From Paraspadella gotoi (taxonomy: Eukaryota; Animalia; Chaetognatha), in NCBI GenBank assembly GCA_051294375.1, contig CM119270.1, forward strand, positions 18,201,710-18,265,709: a DNA stretch of 64,000 bases, written 5' to 3'. This document shows positions 37,893 to 51,170 of this stretch, piece by piece. The position numbers were made by a program, and so were the translations under genes. The notes below the pieces were generated by a model that saw nothing but the letters and a program-made list of their open reading frames with translations, was not told the origin of the DNA and ran no database searches. Numbering within the stretch: the first letter of the stretch is position 1; each line of letters begins with the position of its first letter.

Positions 37893-38774
37893 TTCTCATT
37901 GACTTTTTCTTTATGTCTCTCTATCTCTCTTTCTTTCTCTCTCTTATTGTTTCCCGATATTTCTGCAATATTTCTTATCATATTGTAATCATTAAACCGA
38001 CCCATGATATCTGTGATAAATTTGCCTAAAACGACGACGAAGACGACGACAAAGACGACGATAAAAATGACGACCAAAACTTCAACGACGAAAAAAAAAA
38101 AGAATCTCCGCCAAGAAATCGATAAAATTAGCCGATTGGGACGCAAAAGTCGATTGAGGACGATCATTTTTTAGCCGATCGGCAACCAACTGATGCGAAA
38201 CGACGACGAATATCGCGAAACGTCAGACGAATTAAGATGATTAAGATTAATCAATTAATTAATTAATTAATTAACGAATTAAGATGATTACGTGGAATTT
38301 TATAAATGAACTAATTAAATTAAGTTAAAACACAACGAAAAAGAATGAAACAATGAACAAAAGCAAAATAATACATATCTAATGCTTAAAAATTAATTGT
38401 CAGTTTCATTGCGTTCGGAATTGAAATTCAAATTAAAATTTAAGATTTTATAGCAAATTTTTAAATCAAAACGACGTGGCAAGCATGCGCGGCATTTGAA
38501 CGAAAGGTTATTGGAGAGATGAACGTGGGAGTGGCAGAGTGGCAAATTGGGACAACGTGGGTGTGGCAACTTTTGGCAACTTTTGGGTGACGAGGTTTTA
38601 TGGCGTCGATCTGTCGGGTGGCGCAGGTGGCCATTGATGGCATCGCGGCGCCGCCAAGCGTCAGCCCGCTCTCCTTGATTGGTTCCGCCTCTCCGGAAAC
38701 GCTGCCGCCGCCGCTGTCGCCGCGCCGCCGCTGACGCTTCTCTTGGTCGATTCATTCCAATTTCTACGCATTTT

Positions 38775-38945
38775 CGTCGTAGTCGCTGTCGTCGTCATCA
38801 TCGTCGTCGCTGTCGTCGTTATTATCGTCGTCGTCGTCGTCGTCGCTGTCGTCGTTATCATCGTGTCGCTGTCGTCGTTATCATCGTCGTCGCTGTCGTC
38901 GTTATCATCGTCGTCACTGTCGTCGTCGTCGCTGTCGTCGTCGTC
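38775..38945. repeat. (GTC/GAC)n trinucleotide microsatellite with higher-order pattern (others at 20910, 21945, 30400, 33365-33745, 39205-39390)
   Basis: Direct reading; source of the poly-D/T/R/V/S pseudo-ORFs. Confidence 0.9.
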
Positions 38946-39353
38946 GATTTCATCTTTTTCGTAATTTTCTTCGTTTTCTGTCAAAATCGTTATTTTAATA
39001 ATTTAATCGCCTTCATCATCATCTTCTGCACCGTCTTTTCATAAGTAGTACATATATACAAAACGTGATTGTCGGTTTAACACTAACAATATAATTTGTA
39101 AACCTTTTTCGACGAATCATTTTGTCATCGTTCCTTCGTCATCGTTTCGGTCGACTTTGTCGTTGTTTTCCTCTTTAAAAAACTTGTCGATGTCTTTCAT
39201 ATCATCGTCGTCGTTGTCATCGTCGTTGTCTTCTTCGTCGTCGTTGTCATCGTCGTTGTCTTCTTAGTCGTCGTTGTCTTCTTAGTCGTCGTTGTCATCG
39301 TCGTCCTTCCCCGATTTTATAGTCGGCGGTCGCAGTGAAAACGTCCCGGTGCA

Positions 39354-39387
<34 letters not shown>

Positions 39388-39557
39388 TGGCGCAGGGGAT
39401 TATCGTTTTATGACTCGAAAATAAAAATAAAAACCGAAGCGAAAAAGAAAAGTGACTGGAAATCGAAACGAATCGGAAAGAAAAAGACTCCGTCTCGTCT
39501 CTCTCTCTCTCTCTCTCAGTCCCCCGTTCTACTCCTCCTCTCTCTCTCCTTCTCTCT

Positions 39558-39594
<37 letters not shown>

Positions 39595-39784
39595 TTCAGC
39601 TTTTCCCTAAACAAACAACACACCCTCTTATCACCGTTCGACTGTGACATTGCCCAGCTGCTACTTTTCCCCCCCCTTCCCTTTTCCACCATGCAGCATT
39701 TCCTTTCTTTTTCTTCGGCACCGATTCGTTGCTCTCTCTCTCTTCTCTCTGCTCTCTCTCTCTCTCTCTTCTCTCTCGGGTCTC

Positions 39785-39819
<35 letters not shown>

Positions 39820-40180
39820 TTCACTGCCGGTCTGCAACACGAACCAAAAAGAGTGAGAAAAAAAAAGACTGTTAATGCAAAAATCAGAAAAAAAGTCCGA
39901 GATAAAAAAACATGAAACAACATGGGAAAAAACTCGTCGAGAGCGAACAGCACCACGAGAGAGATGAGAGACGAGAAGAGAAGAGAGAGAGAGATAGAGA
40001 GATGAGAAGAAGTCTACGGAGAGAGAGAGAGAGAGAATCAACAAAAGAGCAACGAGAGGAAAAAAAACAGAAGCCACAAAGAAAAACTGTGGAGATTAGC
40101 GACACTCGTTGAAAACGGCGGAGAACGAAACTAATGAATGGAATTGTTCCGTGGCGATGGAAGCGGCGCTCGCGTTGGGT

Positions 40181-40193
40181 CCAGCAGAGGGCG
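40181..40193 (+). promoter_or_regulatory. CTCF-like binding motif
   Basis: CCAGCAGAGGGCG matches the CTCF core consensus CCASYAGRKGGCR. It lies in a short GC-rich unique patch ~6.8 kb upstream of the innexin ATG. Confidence 0.4.
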
Positions 40194-40801
40194 TGTTAGA
40201 AGATGAGGTTTGCGTCAGGGATTCGAGTAGGCGTGGCTGGCTGGAAAAGTCTCTTTTTTAGGTTTATTAATTTCATGATGATAAATCAATTTGGTTTTTA
40301 ATTTTAACTAATTTTTTACCGCCATCAAGAGCAGCGTGATTACAAAACAATTGACGAAAATATTGGTTCTTTTATTCATAGAAAACACGGACGTTTCTCC
40401 TTATACCAATAAGCTTGTATAATATAAATAAGCCTGTATAGTGTATAATGTCCAAGAAAACAAACAAGTTCTCTCATATGAACTACAATTGCTATCCTTA
40501 ATTATTAAAAAAAACTTTCGATCGTTTTATAACTTTTCATTACAAAGACCTTTTTTCATTAAGTGCATTATTATTAGCCTTCATTACAATAATTACTTTT
40601 TTTAATTTGCCATATCTAAGAGTTATTGCCAATATCTAATTACAAACAATAATAACACATTTCTTATGAACCAGGAATTATTAACTTTCTCTGATTAAGA
40701 GAAAAGAGATTCTTTTCAATTTTCCTCTCGAAACCTCGAGACTTTTTTAATCTCCTCTCGCTCTCTCTCCGATTTACATATTTTTCAAGAGTCGACATTT
40801 T

Positions 40802-40839
<38 letters not shown>

Positions 40840-41151
40840 CTTTTTCTCTTTCTCGTTGTTTTTTTCCTCCCTCTCTCAGAGCTTTTCCTTAATTTCGCAG
40901 CGACGGCCATTTGTTCGCGTCTTACGTGACAATCTCTCAGGACCTTACCTCTCTCCTCTCTCTCGTCTCTCTCAACTCTCTTTCTCTCTCTCTCTCTCTC
41001 TTCTCATCCCCTTTTTCCAGCAGCCAAACATCAATTTAAGTTGATGCTAATGCCCCCTTTAAGGCCACAGAGCCGAAAACTGTTTCATGAATCCTAAATG
41101 CAATGTTTTTTGTCGCGGATTTACAACTGCCTCTCTCTCTCTCTCTCTCTG

Positions 41152-41202
<51 letters not shown>

Positions 41203-42950
41203 GCCTCGCTCGCCTCGCTCCCGTTAAAAATAAATACAAATTAGCGAGATTTGAAAAGAAAGCAATGAGGGAAGAAGAGGAGAGAGAGAGCAGAGGAGTG
41301 ATGCAGACCAAGAGGAGAGGAGGAGCGATGAGGGAGAGACGAGAGATAGAGAGGAGAGATGATGAGAGAGAGAGAGTGAGTTACCTCTGTTTCTTTAACT
41401 CGGATATCCGATGCTTTTCTTTCCGAGACACGAAACCGTCTTTTTCTAACGAAAAAAAAATTGCAAAAAATAAAAACTAAACTAAACAATTTTGTGCACC
41501 AAAACGAGAAAAGAGGCGCTTTCGGAAAATAAGGCCTCTATTCGTCTCCACTCTAGAGAATCGGGATTCCATCGGACCAGAAAAAAAAAATCAGGGTTTA
41601 CACGTTGGGTTTTCATAAACACAAAAAAAATAGGAGGAGTCCATCGGAAAAACCATTTCTCTGTTTACGTCGACGTTTTTCCCTTTAATTTATTTTCTCG
41701 CGCGCGCGTTTCCGAAAGGGGATTTTCATCGTTGTCGTCGTTGTTGTTGTTGTTGTCGTCGTCGTCATCGTCGTCGTGTTTGTGATTCTCCAGAATCGAG
41801 TGTCTCTGGCTTAAATTAACTTAACTTTAAAAAAAAAATTAAACAATTTAACTATTTAACAATCTGACAGATCCTGCCCCAAGCCTTGTACCTTCCTTAG
41901 AACTTTCCTTAAATCAAACTTACTTTCCTCTCTCCTATTATAAGATTTTCTTTTCTTTTTCGTCATTCGCAAAATAATTTGACTTTTTGCCAACAAAAAA
42001 AAATAAAAATTAAGTTAATTTTTAGCTTTAAAGTTAGGAGAATTTAGCTAGAAATACGTAGGTTACGGATTAGTGTTAAGGATTAAGATAGTAACTAGAG
42101 TTAGCGAACAGGGTTTAGGAACTTAGGTTTGGAAATAGAGTTAAATATTTGGCATTATTGTGTTAAAAGAAAGTTTAAGGATTAAGGAGAAAGTGAGCCC
42201 AATATTTATTAATTCTGTCCCGTGACAACATCTAAATCCTGTCCTTAAAATTGTCAGTAGCTTCTCACCCAATATGCGCATTTTATTCCCAATTCTACGT
42301 TTAGTACAAACAATAACAAACATAATAATATTACAATTTTCGGCACCGGACAAATTACCGACAACGTCCGACCCCTCATATTCCGACTCCTACACCCAGC
42401 GCCCCCTAAATCTTTCGCTCCGGAGTCAAATCCTTTTTTTTGTCCTCAGGTCGAGACCCAAAGTCCAGTCGCGGAAAGACCCGGCTGAGACTCGAAAGTG
42501 GGGGCAAGACTCGGCCCAGGTGGTGGAGGGGTGTCATTGCGGATTGCAGGAGGACACCGATAAAAGATGAAAGATTCCGGCGACGTTCAGGAAATGAAAA
42601 AGATGACGCTGGGCAAACGGAACCCAGTTTTCCATTCGCGGTGGAGAGAAAAAAAAAAGAGAGTAGAAACTCCTGATGGTGAATATGAATTTATTACTGA
42701 GATGAGGAGTGACTTTTTTATGGGGGGGGGAAAGGGTTTAAGGTTTTGATATCTTTTACATATTTTGAACTTTATTTGTTTACGTATTTTTTTAATACAT
42801 TTTATTTTTTACGGTGTACAGATAAAATCAATTTATATGATTTTTTTTTTGAAGAAATAAACTTTTAGAGACTTTTTTTATTTCCGTTTAATTTGCCTCA
42901 ACTTTTCTTTTTTTCCTCCTTCTCTCACGCCTCCTGTACTTCATCCCTTT

Positions 42951-43051
<101 letters not shown>

Positions 43052-43447
43052 CTCGTTTTTCTCCGTCAACCTCTGTCTTCGCTTCGCTGCCTTTTTTTCA
43101 GTTAGAATAAATTTACATGAGATGTTTCAGTGACGAAACAAACAAAAATATCTATGTCTTTCTTCCTCTATCTTTCTCTCTCTCTCTCTTTCTAACCTTA
43201 AACATCTCTCAAGTTTCCTTCTTCTTCAATATATTTTTACAATTTATTTCACCTCTTACCTCTTTGTATTTTATATAAGATTTCTTTTTTCTTGTTTTTT
43301 TTAATTTTTCCCTCGTCACAGAAGAAAGAATCAGACGTCGACACGAAATTTTACTTTTAAATTTGAAGTCGCCATTGATCCCGATTTGAGAAAAAAAAGT
43401 GAAATAGAAATTGTAGAGTTTTTTTTTAAGTTACAACATGAATCTTC

Positions 43448-43496
<49 letters not shown>

Positions 43497-44188
43497 GCTC
43501 TCTCTCTCTCTCTCATCTCTCCTCCAAATACAAGGCACACCCAAACCGCTAACGCAGAAATTCTGCTACAAACGCTCCACCGAATAAACCCAATGTCGCA
43601 ACAAATGGAAACGAATAAAAATTAAATTAAAAAAAACTGTGACACTGTTAGAATCCGAGTTGGTTAGATTCGCGCCGCATCTTTCCGAGACATCATCGAT
43701 ATCTTCTATCGTCTCTCTCATTCCTCTTTCTCTCTCTCTTTTCTCTCTCTCTCTCTCTCCTCCTCCTCGATCTTATTCCTCGTCTCTCTCTCTCTCCTCT
43801 CCTCATCTCTCTCTCTCTCTCTCTCCTCTCACTCTCGTCTCTCTTTTCCCTCAGGGATTTTCCCGGTTTACTTTTTGTCTTTCTTTCATTCTTTTATTTC
43901 TTTCTATTATTTTCACGACGCTTTCTTTCTTAACCTCTCTTTCCGGTAACCTTTTTTTCTTTTTTGTTACCTTCCTTTCTTCACTTCTCTTTCCTTGTTT
44001 TTCGGCTTTTCTTCCTTTATTTTTTTTTATCTTTAAGGTTTAGGTTTAAAAAAAAAGTTTGAAAAGTGAAAATGGAAAGTGAAATATGGGGAGACGAAAA
44101 ATTAAATTAAATGGATGGTGAGAAAGAAAGAGAGAGAAGCAGAGAGAGAAGGAATGGAAGAGTAAGGGGAAACAGAAAAAAAGAAAAA

Positions 44189-44264
<76 letters not shown>

Positions 44265-44373
44265 AACTAAAAGTTTCTAAAATCTTCAATGTGCTATTAC
44301 AAAGAGGGAGATAAAAAGTTGGTTAATCTTTATTACAATTTTTTTTTTCAAATTCCGGCATTTCTCTCCCACG

Positions 44374-44411
<38 letters not shown>

Positions 44412-44949
44412 NNNNNNNNNNNNNNNNNNNNNNNNNNNNNNNNNNNNNNNNNNNNNNNNNNNNNNNNNNNNNNNNNNNNNNNNNNNNNNNNNNNNNNNNN
44501 NNNNNNNNNNNNNNNNNNNNNNNNNNNNNNNNNNNNNNNNNNNNNNNNNNNNNNNNNNNNNNNNNNNNNNNNNNNNNNNNNNNNNNNNNNNNNNNNNNNN
44601 NNNNNNNNNNNNNNNNNNNNNNNNNNNNNNNNNNNNNNNNNNNNNNNNNNNNNNNNNNNNNNNNNNNNNNNNNNNNNNNNNNNNNNNNNNNNNNNNNNNN
44701 NNNNNNNNNNNNNNNNNNNNNNNNNNNNNNNNNNNNNNNNNNNNNNNNNNNNNNNNNNNNNNNNNNNNNNNNNNNNNNNNNNNNNNNNNNNNNNNNNNNN
44801 NNNNNNNNNNNNNNNNNNNNNNNNNNNNNNNNNNNNNNNNNNNNNNNNNNNNNNNNNNNNNNNNNNNNNNNNNNNNNNNNNNNNNNNNNNNNNNNNNNNN
44901 NNNNNNNNNCTGGGAAAAATAAAAAAAATGAACAAAACCATAAAACGTT

Positions 44950-45080
44950 GACGCCGGCTTCTTTCCCTCCCGCCGCCACCGACGCCGCCGCCGCCGCATC
45001 CTCGCCGCTCCGACGCTGCCGCTGCCGCCGCCGCCGCCTAAGCCGTGACGTCATCGCTCGCGACCCAAAGATGGCGCTGG
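44950..45080 (+). promoter_or_regulatory. GC/CpG-rich patch with CRE and YY1-like motifs; candidate promoter/enhancer
   Basis: (GCC)n-rich tract, palindromic TGACGTCA at 45046-45053 and AAGATGGCG at 45068-45076, ~1.95 kb upstream of the innexin start codon. Confidence 0.3.
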
Positions 45081-47014
45081 GTTAAAACAAAAAGGTGGGA
45101 GGAAAAAAAAGCGGAGATACGAAGAAAAAAAATAGAGCGGAGGGGGGGAAGGATAAAAACCCGCGTGAACGTGAAGGGGTGAAAGAATTGTGAAAAGCGA
45201 AAAGAGATAAAGAAAAAAGAAGAAAAAAGGAACGTGAAATATAATCGGTCTCGGTGAAACCCTTTGGGACGGGGTCGTCACAACCCGTCGCTAAGCAACG
45301 GCGACAACAACAATGTCACCAAAGTCACAAAGTTCACAACGTCGATCACTCACATTAAATTAAAGGAAAAAAAACCCTTACGTCGCGTTTCTCTCGGCCT
45401 CACCTCGCATCACGCTGCTTGATAACGATTCACTTACCCTTTAAACGCTGCTGCTTTTTCCAACAATTCTCGACGCTGAGCCTCACTTTTTAAAACTTCT
45501 TTTAAATTGGCTCCACTTTCCTCGCTTCTTCTCCCTAACGCTGCTTTAACGTTACTTTTCTTTCACCCAACTTCTCTTTTACCACTACTTTTCTTTCTCC
45601 CGACTTTTCTTTCTCCCAACTTCTTTTTTACCACTACTTTTCTTTCTCCCTACTTTTCTTTCACCCAACTTCTCTTTCATCCTGCTTATCTTTCGCCCTA
45701 CTCTTCTTTCTCCCAAATTTTCTATCACCTTACTTTTCTTTTATCCTTCTTATCTTTCACCCCACTTCTCTTTCTCCTTACTTTTCTATCACGCTACCTC
45801 TCTTTACGCCACCTATCTCCGCGCCATCTCACGCCGTCTCTCCCCCCCCCNNNNNNNNNNNNNNNNNNNNNNNNNNNNNNNNNNNNNNNNNNNNNNNNNN
45901 NNNNNNNNNNNNNNNNNNNNNNNNNNNNNNNNNNNNNNNNNNNNNNNNNNNNNNNNNNNNNNNNNNNNNNNNNNNNNNNNNNNNNNNNNNNNNNNNNNNN
46001 NNNNNNNNNNNNNNNNNNNNNNNNNNNNNNNNNNNNNNNNNNNNNNNNNNNNNNNNNNNNNNNNNNNNNNNNNNNNNNNNNNNNNNNNNNNNNNNNNNNN
46101 NNNNNNNNNNNNNNNNNNNNNNNNNNNNNAAAAAGAAAAAAAAATCATTTCTTTTCTGGAATCACGTGACACGTCGCCACCTCCAACGACGACAACGACG
46201 ACAACAACGACGACGACGCCTATTTCCAATATGCGACGCCGGGGGCGCCGTCCCGCCGCGGCGCCCGATTCCGGATCCGCAATATCGCGGCGCTGGAATT
46301 TCCAGTCGCGATTCACGTGACGTGAACGTAAAAAAAAAATCACACTGTGAGTTCGTGAAGGATTACCGTGGCTTGAAGAAAAAAAAAACGTTGAACAAAA
46401 AAGAAAACAAAAATCACTGTGAGAGAGAGAAAAAAAAAAGTTTCGACCGTTAAAAAAAAAATAAAATCGCTGAACGTCGAAATAAAAAGAAACAAAATCT
46501 TCGGATTTCCGAATTTTCTCTCGGAGGAAAAAAAAAAGAAGAAAAGATCAACTGCACAAGGACGACGACGACGACGACGAAAACGACGACATAAAGGAAT
46601 AACAACAACAACAAGAACAACAACAACGATCGATCGTTTTTCTTCGTCCTATGAGTTTGCATCGTTAGGAAATTTCGTTCTCTGGTTCTCGATTTCGAAA
46701 AGAATAAAAAAAAAAAACAGAATGCATGACAAAAAAAAAACCCAAAAAAATGAATTCTTGTAAACTTTTACCGCCAGGACTTTCATTTTAAAAAACAAAT
46801 TCAGAGAAAATAAACAAACAAACAAACAAACGAAGATTTCTGATATTAAACGAAATAAAAACGCGCTCAATTGATAAATCGCGAATTTATTAAACGAACA
46901 ACAACAACAAACAACAACAGCGTCGATCTTTCCTCCCTCCTCCTCCTCCTCCTCCTCCTCCGCGCGCCCATCTCCACATCCGGGTGGGCGCGCCCCTACA
47001 CATCCGGCTCCACG

Positions 47015-47167
47015 ATGTCGTTCTTGATGCAATTCAAGGACCTGGTGGCGCAGACAGTCGGGATCGACGACGCTTGTGATCGACTCAACCGGAAGTACAC
47101 GTCGCTCGTCCTCCTTGTTCTAGTTGTCCCTTTATTCGGAAAGCAATACATCGGGGATCCAATAGAG
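47015..47167 (+). CDS. Innexin family gap-junction protein, first coding exon (N-terminus, TM1, start of extracellular loop 1)
   Basis: ATG at 47015 reads MSFLMQFKDLVAQTVGIDDACDRLNRKYTSLVLLVLVVPLFGKQYIGDPIE (51 codons), then donor GAG|GTCAGT. DDxxDRLNxxYT, a hydrophobic TM1 and KQYxGxPI form the characteristic innexin N-terminal signature. Confidence 0.93.
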
Positions 47168-47867
47168 GTCAGTGGGGTCAAAGGGGGGGGGTTGGGGTTG
47201 TTTTCTTGTTTCCTTTCATTCGTTTCTTTGTTGTGGTGTTGTTGTTTTTTTGGTTGTTGCAGTTGTGGTTGTTTTCTCGTTTTCCTGTTTTCTTGTTTTC
47301 TTGTTTTCTTGTTTGTTTCTTTGTTTTCTTGTTTTCTTGTGTCTTTTGGTTTTGTTTTAGTTGTCGAAGTTTTGTTTGTTTCTTGTCGAGGTTGTTGTTT
47401 TGAATATTTTCGTGAATTTTTGTGGCTGTTTCTTGTTTCTTTTAATAGTGGTTATCTAAGAGATTTACGTTGTTACTGTGGTCGTTTTTTTTATTGTCGA
47501 TGTGTCTGTTTCTTTTCGTGATTGTTTTTGCAGTTGTTTTTTTTGGTGGGGGGCGATACATTGTTGTGATTATTGGTTGGTTTTTGTGAAGATTTTTTAT
47601 TTTTTTAATGGATGTTGTCGTGATTTTCTATTTGTTGTTGTCTTCGTCGTCCCGGGTCGACCATCAGAGTTCCATCAGAGTTCCATCAGAGAACGTTATC
47701 GTTCTTGTCTTCGATCGTTACATCGAAATTAAAGTTCATTAAACTTCGATAACCGATGCGATTAAAATGTTAATGTTTCATTTGCATGTGACGAATGGTT
47801 GGGTTCTTTAAGGACTTTTAGTTTATTTTAGAAGGCGTATTGTGAAATAACTAAATTAGGATTAAGA

Positions 47868-47905
<38 letters not shown>

Positions 47906-50730
47906 CTCTCTCCTCTCTCTCTCGATCTCTCCCCTCTCTCTCTCTCTCTCTCTCCCCTCTCTCTCTCTCTCGCTCTCTCTCTCTTCCCTCTTTCCGTGAT
48001 CAATATCCGACATTACCCTCGCGAGGATAAACTTCCTTCTACTCAGCGTCGAGTCTCGAGCGATTCGCAACGATGGTCACGTGACACAGGAACCAGTCAC
48101 GTGATTACAAATCCTTATTTTTGCGCTTCAGATTTACTAATAGCTCTTTCAAATGAATCGTATCCTCGTCAGAAGCATATCGAATGCATAATTGCGTTGA
48201 CATAATAGAGTAAATGTCATAAGGTTATATCTTGATATTCGTGCGACACCATTTGCCGATGGCCGTATCACGTGAAATATCACGGTGACTCATCGATCAG
48301 AGTGACGGTCCATNNNNNNNNNNNNNNNNNNNNNNNNNNNNNNNNNNNNNNNNNNNNNNNNNNNNNNNNNNNNNNNNNNNNNNNNNNNNNNNNNNNNNNN
48401 NNNNNNNNNNNNNNNNNNNNNNNNNNNNNNNNNNNNNNNNNNNNNNNNNNNNNNNNNNNNNNNNNNNNNNNNNNNNNNNNNNNNNNNNNNNNNNNNNNNA
48501 GAGAGAGAGAGAGAGCTGAGTTTCTCTTCCTCCTCCCCCGCATTTATGTTGGTCACGCTGAAGTGGAGGGCGGGTGATACGGGGGAGGTGGGTCAGTGAG
48601 GAGGGTGGGAGATAAGGAGAAGGTGGGTGAGGTTGGTGAATGAGATGGGTGGGTGATACGCGGGAAAAGGTTGAGGTTGGTGATTGAGGTGGGTGGGTAA
48701 GGTGAGTAGGAAAAGAAAAGGGAAGGAGAGAAAGAAGTGTAAGGGGTGGAAATTGGCGAAACGGGAAGAAAAGGGAGGAAAGGGAGGAAAGAAAACGGAA
48801 AAGAGAGGGAAAGGGAGGAAAAGGAGGAAAGGAGATGGAAAGCGAGGAAAGGGAGGAAAAAAGAGGGTAAGGGAGGAAAAAAGAGGGAAAGTGAGGAAAG
48901 GAGAAGAAAAGGGAGAAAAGGGAGAGGAAAGGGAGGAATGAGGAAGGAAAGGGAGAAAATGAAGAGGAAAGGGAGGAAAGGGAGGAAAGCGAGGAAATGG
49001 AAGAAAGGAGAGAGAAAGGGAGGAAAGGAAAAGGAAAGGGAGGAAAGGAGAGGGAAAGGGAGGAAAGGAAAATGAAAGGGAGGAAAGGAGAGGGAAAGGG
49101 AGGAGAGCGAGATTGTGATGAGGGAGAAGAGGAAAAAAAACCCCTGAATCAATCAGAGGAGAAGTTTCAAGTAGGGTTTGTTGTGCTGGAAGCAACGCAG
49201 AGGGCGAGGATAACAGGGGCGGNNNNNNNNNNNNNNNNNNNNNNNNNNNNNNNNNNNNNNNNNNNNNNNNNNNNNNNNNNNNNNNNNNNNNNNNNNNNNN
49301 NNNNNNNNNNNNNNNNNNNNNNNNNNNNNNNNNNNNNNNNNNNNNNNNNNNNNNNNNNNNNNNNNNNNNNNNNNNNNNNNNNNNNNNNNNNNNNNNNNNN
49401 NNNNNNNNNNNNNNNNNNNNNNNNNNNNNNNNNNNNNNNNNNNNNNNNNNNNNNNNNNNNNNNNNNNNNNNNNNNNTGGGAGAAGTGAGCGGGGGGGAGA
49501 GACTGAAATCTCCCCCGGAATCCGGATTTCTCTTTGATTGACGTCAACTCGAGTCTTTGGGCGAAAAGGATTTGACCTCGATCCAGATCAAGATCAGATT
49601 CGTACGCGCAACGACCCGTTCGTGGGGTGCGTGCATCCTTGCGTCCGCCCCTCCTTCCGTCCGTCCGTTTGTCCGTGTGACCGTACAACCATTTATGCTC
49701 CCTAATTCAGTCCTTCAATCTCTTCGTGCTTTTTAACCAACCACCGTCCGTCCGTCCGTCCGTCCGTCCCTCCTTCCGTTGATCCGTTGTTCGTTCGTCT
49801 ATCTCTTTGTCTGTCCGTCCGTCTCTCTGTCCGTCCAACTTCTCTTTTTAACGAGCATGCGCCGATCTTTGTACGGCTGCTTTTTTCGCTCGATCGGGCG
49901 TGACGAATGGCGTTTGTCCGGGGGGGGGAATAGGGGGGCGGGTCCTTGACGCCAGAGTTTGGGCGGTGATGCGAATGCGAATGGAAACGAAACGGTACGA
50001 GTTTGTGAATGTCACAAACGTCTTAAATATCACAAATTCTGGTGCAAAACTGAGCCTCTTTTGTTTTTTGAATATTTGAAGCATTTTGACTTTGTCCGTC
50101 TTGCGCCTGAGGAGTTTTGGTCAGCCGATTTTAGAAAATCAGCGAGTGAATCTATTCGGTGGAAAATTGGCAACAACAAAAACAACGACGACGAAGACGA
50201 CGACGAAGACGACGACGACGACCGGACGTGACTGCGATTCGTCACGTGATCGTCGTCGTCGTCGTCGTCGCGCGTGCGCGAGAAAGCGCTTTGTTTGTGA
50301 GAGTACTGGTTGGAAAAGAGGGAGAGGGAGAGGGAGAGGGGAGGGAGAGAGGGAGAGAGAAGGCGAGATTTGGGGGGACGAGAGAGCGATGGCGAAGAGG
50401 AGAAGGGAGAGAAAAGAGAGGGAGGTAAGGAGGGGGTAAGGAGGGGGCTTATCTTAGGAGAATGAATGACAAAAGTGAAAAATGAAACTAGAAAAAAGAT
50501 AGATAAATACTAAGACAGTTGAGTAATGACTAATGAGTATAATATAAAGTTAAATGGAGAGGGTTTTTGTTAATTAATTAGTTTAAAAATTTATGAAACA
50601 AATCTGTAGTTGAAAAAAAAAAATTTTGAAAATTGGGTTCGAAAAAATAATAATTTGATTAGGGAGAAAAAAAAAAGTTGCGCGTGACATTTTTATGAAG
50701 GCCGTGGATTCTCGGCGTCGCAGGAGGTCG

Positions 50731-51170
50731 AAAATGGCGGACGAGAAATGGAGACGTCCTTGAGAATGCAAATCGGTGCCAAAAATGGAGACGTCCTTGA
50801 GAATGCAAATCGGTGCCAAAAATGGAGACGTCCTTGAGAATGCAAATCGGTGCCAAAAATGGCGGATTCCTGAAGAAAGCAAATCGGGGGCTAAAGATAG
50901 CTGAGTCATTGAGAATGCAAATTTTTACCTGAGCCAAAGATGGTAGGTTCCTTGAAAATGCAAACCTGTACCAAAAAATGGCAGAGTCCTTAAGAATGCA
51001 AATCGGTGCCAACAATGGCGGAAATCTTAAAAATGCCAACCTGGGCCAATAATGGAATGCTTCAGAATGCAAATCGGTCCTTGAAAAATGCAATTTGGGG
51101 ACAAAGATTGCCTCGTCGTAAAGAATGCCAAAGACGGGAAATTGGTGCCAAGGATGCAAATCGTTCCTAT
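50731..51170. repeat. 37 bp minisatellite in the innexin intron, ~11 copies decaying 3'-ward
   Basis: GAGACGTCCTTGAGAATGCAAATCGGTGCCAAAAATG starts at 50751, 50788 and 50825 (perfect copies), followed by diverged copies. Confidence 0.9.

Noticed and set aside
47168-47521. Cys/Phe/Val-rich extension of the 216-aa ORF as extra TM segments
   Set aside because: Intronic (TTG/TTTTC)-rich read-through beyond the GTCAGT donor.
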